Source of the DNA: Chara braunii
Lineage: Eukaryota; Plantae; Charophyceae
Assembly (NCBI GenBank): GCA_003427395.1
Contig: BFEA01000001.1
Location: 11,941,651 to 11,994,986 of the forward strand
Direction: 5' to 3'
DNA: 53,336 nucleotides
Shown here: one piece after another, positions 36,037 to 45,600 of the stretch
How the letters are laid out: every line of letters starts with the position of its first letter
How positions within the stretch are numbered: the stretch's first letter is position 1
Position numbers and translations under genes: made by a program
The notes under the pieces: generated by a model
What the model was told of the DNA's origin: nothing
Databases searched by the model: none
The model's input: the letters and a program-made list of their open reading frames with translations, nothing else

Positions 36037-36637
36037 ATTATGAAAATGATCAAAGAAGAGTGGCAAATATCATCCTTCTCACATCAAGAAGAGCATAACA
36101 TCAACATTATTGGGATGAATATAACTATTGTTATGACCAGATTCGTTTCAGCAAATTCCCAATAGCGCCACGAAGTTGGAGAAAAGAAAATGGGACGATG
36201 ATAGTGAATCTACAAGGACAGATGATGGAGGGAGTAGGATGAGGACATTGGGAGGATGGAGAAATAACAAGGACGATGGAAGCGGAGGAGAGAGAAGGAT
36301 CGAAGATAACATGGCGACCTATGGAGGAGGCTTGATGGACGGAGTAGCAAGAAGGAGGAAGGATAAGGAAGGAGGAGGACGACGATGGCGAAAGGAAGCC
36401 AAAGACGAGAATGGAAGGAGGAGGAGGAGGAGGAGGAGGAGGAGGAGGAGGGAGGAGGGAGAACATACTCACACTAGCACATCTTAAAGAAAGAAAGAAA
36501 GACAAAAGATGGAGGGAGGATGGAGCATGGGCGGAGCAAAAAAAAGGAGAAATGGGACAGAGGAGGAAAGAGGAGAGTGGCGACGAAGGAGAGAGAGGGA
36601 CAAAGGATGGAAACAAGGACAACAACAACGATGAATG

Positions 36638-36722
<85 letters not shown>
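35965..36722. repeat. (GA)n, (GGA)n and purine-rich low-complexity tract
   Basis: Direct inspection. Confidence 0.85.
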
Positions 36723-36726
<4 letters not shown>

Positions 36727-37234
36727 CATGTGGTTGGAGTATTTTTTTTAAAGGGAACAAACAATAATCAAACTTTGTTGGACTTCCAACTAACAAGTGT
36801 TATAATGGGTCTTCGTTTTTTTCTTGCACTTCAGAGTGGGTTTTCCACCTGTCCTCTTTCGTTGTTCAGCCCCTCTGAGGCGTGTCCACTTGCATTATTA
36901 GAGTTTAAGATGAAGTCAGTTATACCTGGCTACTGCAAAGGTCAAGAGATGGAGGGGTAGCCCACATGTGGATGGTTTTGGTTTAACCACGACATGCTTG
37001 TGCTTGCTCATGAGACTCACCGCGGAAACCAAGAGGTGGAAGGGTGAACCTCAATGACATGTATGCATATTCTTCTACTGTATAATATTCGTGCTACTAA
37101 CATGATTAAGGTCTAAAGAAAAACGGAATTACCCCTTCTTGCTCTATCCTTGGGTACACTTGGGTGTCTTTTCATAGCTTACTTTCAAAGATGCTTGCGT
37201 AGTAATGGAGTTCTAGGTAATTAGATGGGTAGGG

Positions 37235-38085
37235 TGTCGGCGCGAATACCCTTACAAGGGTATCCGCCCGGGTTTTTGCAAGTGACAGAAAATAAGTTTT
37301 GTTCGAAATTTGAGTACACCGTGCGAGTCGAGGTTGTGTTTTGTTCACGCTGACTGAGTGGTTGGCTAGAAGTAGAAAGTGTGTGGGTGCGCGTGATTTT
37401 TTATTATTATTGATTGACATTACAAAGCCTGCGCAGCCGCCGGCAAAATTTTGACTTGATTAAACTAGGACTAAGGTGATCTTCCATGTGGATGTGATCG
37501 TGTTGCGAGTGTCCTCATGCGAAGGCCGGTTTCGACAACACTGCGACCTTTGTATGGTAAACGGAGTGAACGGAGGGGTAAAAACGTCGGCGAGGCCGCC
37601 AAGCGGTAGGCGTCGGGCTTGACGGCAGTGGGTACGACTGTAGACCAAGGAGTGGCTTTGGGGTATTCTGGTAGGCCCGCGTGCGGTGCGACACCAGTTT
37701 ATATTGACTTTTGCGGTAGTCCGTCTCAGCCTTGGGCACTAGCATTATTGGTTATGTCATTAGAGTCCCATGTGGCAGGTACGGGGATCGAGGGCGGCGA
37801 CCGACGACGATGGAGCGCTGGATCGATTGAAGATGCCGAGGGGGAGGGTCCAGCAAGGTTATCCCCCTTGGTGTTGTTGTCGGCCCACTCGTGGGTCGGG
37901 TTGGCGGACTGAGAGGGGCGACGACGATCTCCCTCCCCCAAAATCCCGATTCCCGGTGTTCGTATTTTTATTGTTTTCTTCTATTTTTATTATTTCCTTA
38001 GTTATTTTTAGTTGGCGGTCTCTTTGCTAGGGCGCAGCACCAGCGTTGGTACTAGGGTTGTCTGTCGGGACCAGCAGGCCTAACC
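37235..38085 (+). mobile_element. Putative LTR (related to the one at 43611)
   Basis: Starts TG after purine-rich gatgggtaggg; tgtcggcgcgaatacccttacaagggtatccgccc resembles tgtcggggcagaaaccctgacaagggtatctgccc at 43611; similar T-rich 3' part; no clear terminal CA/PBS seen. Confidence 0.5.
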
Positions 38086-38104
38086 TGGTTTATGTACCCA
38101 TGAA

Positions 38105-38317
38105 ATGTTGAAACACGTCGAGTTCAACGGGCAAGCAAGTCAGGTGAGTGCCTAGCCCACGCGGCAGAAGAAACGTGAGTGGCAGAACTCCCTGCGGGTA
38201 TACCGTCCGCCACCCACAATCTGTTGTGAGAGGTTTCAGGATGAGCATGCCTGCTGGGACGCAAAAGATGACAAATTGTGCCTGAGCGTAGCGACCCAGA
38301 GCACAGTGGGAAGGCCC
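38105..38317 (+). pseudogene. Decayed 25S rRNA fragment A (5' domain)
   Basis: ttgaaacacg, tgagcatgcctg..gggac.c.aaagatg..aa.t.tgcctgagcg. Confidence 0.8.
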
Positions 38318-38319
38318 AC

Positions 38320-38648
38320 ATGTGACTGTTTGCAATTTTGCGTCTGTAATCTTTTCCACTTCGGTCTTCAAAGTTCTAATTTGAATATTTGTCGCTGCCG
38401 CCAAGATCTGCACCGGTACCCGCTCCATCTGGGCTTACGCAGCAGCGCTCGTGGCAGCGTCGAAATCACCACAACGGTCGAGCATAGGTCGTGTGTTGTA
38501 GCGCCATCCGTTTTAGGGGCTAACTGATTCGGCTTGAGAAGTTGGCACACGCTCCTTAGCGGATTTCAACTTTCAAAACCACCGGCCCACAGTCTATATC
38601 AAACAGTGTCCTCAATGGTGTTTGGGTTAGCATGCAGTTTAGTACCGA
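38320..38648 (-). pseudogene. Decayed 25S rRNA fragment B, inverted
   Basis: cttcggtcttcaaagttct.atttgaatatttg, ccaagatctgcacc, agcgccatcc.tttt.ggggcta and ctccttagcggatttc. Confidence 0.85.
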
Positions 38649-38658
38649 TTGGGGCTTT

Positions 38659-38785
38659 GTGGGGAGGCCCGCAGCAATACCGCAGTGCACATCGTTCGTC
38701 GAACTTAGGTATAGGGGTGAAAGACTGATTGAACCGCTTAGTAGTTGTTTCCCATCCGAAGATTCCCCTCCGGTTAGCTGGAGCT
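38659..38785 (+). pseudogene. Decayed 25S rRNA fragment, continuation of fragment A
   Basis: ggaggcccgcagc.atac...atcgttcgtc..actt.ggtatagggg.gaaagact.at.gaacc...tagctggagct. Confidence 0.85.
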
Positions 38786-38824
38786 GCCGACCGGTCTACA
38801 ACCACAATTAACTTCTACTTTCTC

Positions 38825-39250
38825 TATTTTTTATAGAATTTGTGGTGCTCCTTTTGATCTCGACAGCATTTTGAAAGCATAAACAGTATATTGAAATACT
38901 GTTGTACTCAATTTTGTTGGTAATATTGGAATGTAATCATTATCTACAACTGTTATACTCAAGAAGGTGTACATCATTTACAATTTCCATTTGCTTATTC
39001 TTGACAGTAATGGCTATTTCGGGTCAATTCAACCACTAGTTTCCTAATGGCATCGGACTATATCTTCAACCATAGAGATAGAATGGTTGCTTCCATTTCA
39101 CGACATGAATTTGGGTACTTAGGAGAGATATCCCATTATGACTTTTTGTGCTTCGCACCTGCGTTGATAGCTTCGTTATGTTTCCAGAAAAAAAAATCTG
39201 TTTTTCGAATCCAGAAACCAGTATTACAAAATGAGTTTGCGAAAGAAGTG
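38825..39250 (+). pseudogene. nad9: Possible heavily decayed mitochondrial nad9 fragment (NUMT)
   Basis: Collinear faint remnants of IDICG, SLFP, LRKDFPL, VRY..PEK and QEF motifs across frameshifts. Confidence 0.4.
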
Positions 39251-39748
39251 TTTCCTGTGATTTCTTGGACGGAGCAACTCTACTGACGAGGCCGTGGGAT
39301 TCAGACGCGAAGCGTCTGCTCTTCGATCTAATCAGACTAGTTACCAAAGGCGTGAAGCACAATTCCGAGTATCCGAAAAGAAAGAGTGAGTGTCATACGT
39401 AATCGCCCCTCAGACCAAGATGATGGCGATTACAGTTGCTGTGGGATATCTACTCTTGTTTTTTTTTTGCTATCGTATTCTTGTATCAATTACTTTACGA
39501 AACCTAATAAGTCAATAATATGATAACACATATCAACATTTATCTTGAATTACTAACTCAGTTAATAGATACGGGCGTCTTCGGCCTATCTATATAGAGA
39601 CTCAAACGACGCCTTCGGCGCCTTCGGTCGGGGACCCGGCTCTTGCGAGCCCTTTGGCACGCGTCCCCGGATTTTGGGAACGAATTCATAAATCATTTCA
39701 ACAAAAGATTGCCAAGCATTAGGTACTAAATGACCTCCATTCATGGGG

Positions 39749-39848
39749 GCAGTTTCTTTCAATAAAATAGGATTGTGTGGATTTTGGTCTATGATGGTCT
39801 TTTTATTGATTTTAACTATTGGTTTTGTTTATGAATGGAAGAAGGGCG
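39749..39848 (+). pseudogene. nad3: Mitochondrial nad3 C-terminal fragment (NUMT)
   Basis: Translates [33 protein letters not shown]. Confidence 0.9.
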
Positions 39849-39907
39849 TTTTTTAACACTTTTTTTTTCTTATATCCTTCTCCTTTATTTTTGGTTACTC
39901 ATCAAAT

Positions 39908-39962
39908 GGACCGAACCCACGTATGTGGCAAAATACGGGGATGACTTGTGGTTAGGGGCAAA
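39908..39962 (+). pseudogene. rnl: Organellar LSU rRNA fragment
   Basis: ggaccgaaccca..tatgtggcaaaat..ggggatgacttgtggttagggg matches a conserved bacterial-type 23S/26S segment. Confidence 0.7.
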
Positions 39963-42629
39963 TAAAGAAAGAGTAAGAATCAATCGTCCGAGTATTGATT
40001 CTTCAGCGTATTTTACGCTTCATGCCTTTTGCCCCATAGGCGCATGAGCACTTATAGAAAAACTGGCTCATAACGGTGTGCCGCCAGGCGGCGGCCCTTC
40101 GGCCTTAGTCCCCATCTTCACGGAGAATTCAATTTCACTGAGCGAGTGAAGTGAGACCCGCGACATTGTATTCAAGATTTTGATTACAGGTGTTATCTTA
40201 TCCAATACAAAAAAGATACAAATTACTCAAATCATGCACTTTTGTGCACTAGCAGAAGAAGAAAGGTCGAACTTGGAAGCGAAGTCGAGATAGGTGGGCA
40301 CGAAGCCAAAGAGAAGGCAGCAACGGGGAGAGGCGGCTATGGCAGAGGAGTTTGCCATATTTCACTCATATCTAAGTGAAAACGAGAGGGGAAGGAGAGG
40401 TAGGTAAGGGGTTTCGGGGTTGGCGACCTCAGATTTGTGGTTATAATTAGCAAAAGATTATCAGGGACGGAGCTCGAAGGAGAAAAGGGGTGCGCTAAGC
40501 TATGGCAAAGGTAGAGATGATGAGAGTAGAGAGGCGGAATATCACTCGATTCATGATAGAATCGAGTGAAATGAAGGGCTAGGCAGGAGTTCTGGGATGA
40601 GGCGAGTGTGATAGAGAGGTTAACTTTGGAGTTAGATTAGTAGGATGAGGATTAGTAGAAGAATGAGGTGCACGCAGGATGTCGGAGACGTGGATATAAC
40701 GCAGCGAAAAAACAGATAAATTTTTCGTTTCTCAATGAAAACGGGCGAACCAGGATTCAATTCCGGGGTTTTAGGACCTCGTGAATCGATCTGCGAAGTC
40801 AGATCGATGAGGCAGGGGGTGGAAAATGCAGCATGAGTAGTAGGAGTTGCGCCCTTACAACGGGAAGTGTAAGATATGTATCTGGTCATGTTCCTACGGA
40901 AAATCCAGTCTCGTTTTGCACATTTGGTGAGTAATGGGGGAGGTGGGCGACCATAATCACGTGCATTATCTTGTGCTGGCTGTTTTTTCCTCATCATCAT
41001 AATCATAGACGTAGTCGCCATCCCGGTCTTGATGCTCTTCATTAGGGTCACCCTTCATCCTTGCGGTATTGTCCCCCACGATAGCGTTCATCGCCCGGTC
41101 TAGTGTTGCTCGTGGGGCTCAACCCCGAGTTTGTACATGTTGTCGCTGAGATCGTGTTGATCGAAGTCATCACCAAGATTATGGTCGTGGCTGTCTTCTT
41201 TCGTGGTCGTTATTGTCTTGATGGTCGTAATCATAGTTGCAGTCTTCACTCGGCCCAAGACCTTCAAGTTTAGGTTCGTGACTTCGATTGAACCTGGTCG
41301 TGTGAACGGCTAGATGCACTTATGCGTTAAGTGACAGCGAATGACCAAAGAGAGGAATGAGAATGGGGAGGAGTGTTTCTCACATATTTCGAGTGATAGA
41401 GGTTGTGCATCTTTCCATGTTCGTGGAAGTTGTGCATCTTTCCATGTTCAAGAGGAAGATTCTATCTTAAAAGTGAGGGAATCTCGTCGTGCTTTGTATT
41501 CGCCATCATCCTCACCTATAAGGCACCTTCCTGGGGGAACGCACCTATGCACTACTCCATGTATTCGCCATCATAGTCAGGGTGATCGTCTCAATTTAGA
41601 TGTTGCTCGGCTTATCGCGCATTCATTGTCATTATCAAGTTTTCGGTGGTGCTCATCATGTTTTTTGGTCCCGGTGCCCGATTGGTGGAGATTTAGTTGG
41701 TCCATTCCTCTAAAAATATATCTTTCTTTGTTATAAAGGAAGATTCGGTTTCATCTCGAAGGCGGGGGCGTGAGGCAGGAGAGGCGCGTAAGCGCGCATG
41801 AAAGAGGGAGAGACCTACTTGCACCACGCAGGGATCTGCATAAAGCCGCATGCATTTTTACATATTTTAGTGAAGGATTCATTTTCATTGTGCACATTTG
41901 GGGAGTGTAGGAGCGAGGCGGGCTGTTTGTAATCAGGTTCTCCGTCATAGTCGCTGTAAGGATTTTGCCACAACGGCAAACATTTGTCCTTTCTTAGCTG
42001 ATCAGGACTAGCGGACAACGACTAAATTGGGCAATGCAATATCCCAGATTCTAGCGGATGGTTCGTTCTCAGACAACACGTTCGGAAGGGTGTTGTAGCA
42101 GAACCGTACAGGGGCTGCTCCCTCGTCAAAGAGTTGAACTGCGTCTCTCATAGCAGTTAACGATACTTCTGCTGAATCGAAGGGGAAAATGCGTTGTTGT
42201 TGGCACATCAAGGTATTGTTGCTACTAGACGATGAGGTGAAGGTGCCGCTATGTAGAAGCCGCGGAGTGCTGCTGTTGTGACTTTGGTACTGTTGCTAAT
42301 GTTGTGACCTCGGAATTGTTGTTACTGTTTCATGACAAAAGGATTATTGTTGAAGACGGGTGTTGTTGTTGAAACCGGTGTTATCATCTCTCAAATATAT
42401 CATTGTTAAAAAAATCGTCTCCGGATTACTGTACACCTTCTGTTTTTGCCGCCACTAACAATGCCTTTTGTTTCTGCCGCCACTAACTATCTTTGAGTTG
42501 GGGATAGCGCAGCTGGTCTATGAGCTTAACGTGTTTAAAATGGTTGGCTACAACATCAGACCTTCAGACTTTGCTTAACGTGTTTAAAATATTTTTTTTT
42601 TGTGTGTGATGGGTTGTTTGCTTGACTTT

Positions 42630-43590
42630 CATAGGCTGGGACGCTCCATAAGTTGGACGACGCGGTCGCATGTTTTACTTGGGTTTCTGATAGGGGAAAG
42701 GGACCCATAAGTTGGGTACTCAGAATCCTTGTTTTCTTTTGATGTTGAACAAGGTTGAGCACATTCTAAGTGCGTGTGTCCAGTTTTATGATTATTTATG
42801 AAGGGGACACAAACAAAGGTTAGTTACACTATACGTTGGTGTGACCAAGTCATGAGCCATGAATATAAATGGAACCAGAGTATAAAATATGATGTATTAT
42901 ATTTATGTATTATATCATCGACATGCTGGACATCATAAGTTGGGAGATCTAGTAATGTAAGTCGATAGAAGACAAAGTAAAAAATAAATAAGATTTGGAG
43001 TATAAATTGCGAGGTAATGAACAGGTTGGACTTATCCATAAGTTGGATAGTGTAGTCTTATTCCCATGATAACACAAGACGCAAAAAAGGTAATATAAAA
43101 CTTGACTATTTTTCGAAACATAATTAAGACTTGGTTAAGGATCTCCATAAGTTGAAGTGACTTTACCATTGGTCAGAAAATATAAATAAGTTGTGAGACT
43201 TATTTGTTGAATGTAATTGTGTAAAGGAGGCTAGACGAACCCATAAGTTGGGGGTTGTTCGGTCATACACACATGTTGTATGTTTAAGCAGCCTGGACTA
43301 CCCATAAATTGGGTAGTCTGGTTCTACGCTATATATCATTGTTTAGGCTGACTAGCCACACCATAAGTTTTTGTGTTCTAATTATATGCCTTTTATCGTT
43401 TGTTCAGGCAGAGGTCGGACCCCTCATAAGTTGAGGCGACTCAGTTATTTGTGTATGTCAATTGTTCAAGTTGGTCAGTCTTACCATAAGTTGGTGCAAC
43501 CTGGTCATACGCCTTACGTCGATTGTCTAGGCAGAATTTGGTCACATCATAAGTTGGTGGGACATAGTTATATGCCTTATGTTTACTTGT
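42630..43590. repeat. Array of about 60-bp units, each a hairpin with constant CA-TAAGT-TG apex and variable complementary stem
   Basis: Loops at 42649, 42708, 42767, 42832 (tacgt), 42936, 43039, 43148, 43244, 43305 (taaat), 43364, 43427, 43487 and 43550, with weaker ones at 43003 and 43187; linker consensus about RGTYATAYGCCTTAYGT..TTGTYYARGC. Confidence 0.9.
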
Positions 43591-43610
43591 CTACCAGGCT
43601 GGGGCACCGT

Positions 43611-44701
43611 TGTCGGGGCAGAAACCCTGACAAGGGTATCTGCCCATGTTTTTCAACGTCGGACGTTGTCTGATCTTTTCACTAAATTGGAGGACTTGAT
43701 GAGATTGACGTTGCCAATGTTAATCAGACCAGCGCTATGACTGAGAGACCTAAACTTTTTTTGAACCTGACGTCGTCGACGCAGGACAATATCGACGTCC
43801 GCGCGGGACAGCGGGAGTCGGCACTGTCATCCGCGGTTTCGACGAGGCAGCAGTAGTGTGCGGCCATGGGAAAATCAGAGATAAAACCTAGACTACCTAT
43901 AATAAGGTCGCGCGGCTTAACAGCCGCGCGATTCAGGGCCTAAGCAAGCCAAAAAGGGGTCGCCGCGACGAGATTGGACCGCGGCGTGAAGGGATGATTT
44001 TTAGGGTCCAATGGGCTTTTGCGCCGAGGACCTAGGGCGAAGGCCTCGGGGCCGGCCAGGTAGGGCAGCCGTTGAGGCTATCAGCTGTTGACCCCGCCTG
44101 CCAGCCACGGCCGCAAGCCGGCTTAGCAGGCTTAGCCTGCTAGGCGTTGGGAAGGGGCCTGCTGGGCATTGGAGGCCCTTCATATAGAAGGGTCGCTCCT
44201 TTCCTGATGTGAAAAGGAGCTAGCCCAGTAGGTACCGTTGCCAGATTACCACCCTGCAGATATGGGGATCGAACCTGACCAACGCACTATCGGGCTTACT
44301 CCTTTTGGAGCAGCCCGTGACTTGACAAGCGGTGCGGCCGATTTTCGGTCGTGCGATCTTCGAGATCGCGCGGCTGAAATCAGCCCCGTCGGGGTGATAT
44401 GGCCCATGTGTGTAAGAATGATACGCATAAATCGACAAATGGTCCGATTCTTTTATTTTCCTATAAAAAAAAAAAGAGAACAAAAAAGGGAGAAAACTTA
44501 CCTAGGCCGTACCTGAGCGCCTAAGCGCCCAGGTACGGGCTTTAGCGAGGACGCCAGGGCCACGCCGTGAGGTAAGTCCTGCTTTGTGTTTTTTTCTTCC
44601 TTCTTTTATTATTATTATTATATGTTTTTTTTGGTTGCTTCTCGTCTGCTTGTCCTACTAAGGCGAAGCGACGCGACCGTTTGCATAAGCCAACGGTAAG
44701 A
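43611..44701 (+). mobile_element. Putative 3' LTR of a Ty3/Gypsy-like element (runs into gap)
   Basis: Starts TGT after ggctggggcaccgt (resembles Tat-type PPT-LTR junctions); TATA-like ctataaata at about 43897; 5' end similar to 37235. Confidence 0.55.
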
Positions 44702-45600
44702 NNNNNNNNNNNNNNNNNNNNNNNNNNNNNNNNNNNNNNNNNNNNNNNNNNNNNNNNNNNNNNNNNNNNNNNNNNNNNNNNNNNNNNNNNNNNNNNNNNN
44801 NNNNNNNNNNNNNNNNNNNNNNNNNNNNNNNNNNNNNNNNNNNNNNNNNNNNNNNNNNNNNNNNNNNNNNNNNNNNNNNNNNNNNNNNNNNNNNNNNNNN
44901 NNNNNNNNNNNNNNNNNNNNNNNNNNNNNNNNNNNNNNNNNNNNNNNNNNNNNNNNNNNNNNNNNNNNNNNNNNNNNNNNNNNNNNNNNNNNNNNNNNNN
45001 NNNNNNNNNNNNNNNNNNNNNNNNNNNNNNNNNNNNNNNNNNNNNNNNNNNNNNNNNNNNNNNNNNNNNNNNNNNNNNNNNNNNNNNNNNNNNNNNNNNN
45101 NNNNNNNNNNNNNNNNNNNNNNNNNNNNNNNNNNNNNNNNNNNNNNNNNNNNNNNNNNNNNNNNNNNNNNNNNNNNNNNNNNNNNNNNNNNNNNNNNNNN
45201 NNNNNNNNNNNNNNNNNNNNNNNNNNNNNNNNNNNNNNNNNNNNNNNNNNNNNNNNNNNNNNNNNNNNNNNNNNNNNNNNNNNNNNNNNNNNNNNNNNNN
45301 NNNNNNNNNNNNNNNNNNNNNNNNNNNNNNNNNNNNNNNNNNNNNNNNNNNNNNNNNNNNNNNNNNNNNNNNNNNNNNNNNNNNNNNNNNNNNNNNNNNN
45401 NNNNNNNNNNNNNNNNNNNNNNNNNNNNNNNNNNNNNNNNNNNNNNNNNNNNNNNNNNNNNNNNNNNNNNNNNNNNNNNNNNNNNNNNNNNNNNNNNNNN
45501 NNNNNNNNNNNNNNNNNNNNNNNNNNNNNNNNNNNNNNNNNNNNNNNNNNNNNNNNNNNNNNNNNNNNNNNNNNNNNNNNNNNNNNNNNNNNNNNNNNNN
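44702..45600. other. Assembly gap
   Basis: Run of N. Confidence 1.

Noticed and set aside
42630-43590. CRISPR or TIGR array
   Set aside because: Eukaryotic context, no cas or tas-like ORF, repeats are degenerate and the variable segments are short and self-complementary rather than independent spacers; reported as a hairpin array instead
37235-44701. 37235 and 43611 as the LTR pair of one intact element
   Set aside because: Similar only at the first about 35 bp and weakly near the 3' end; no gag/pol recognisable between them
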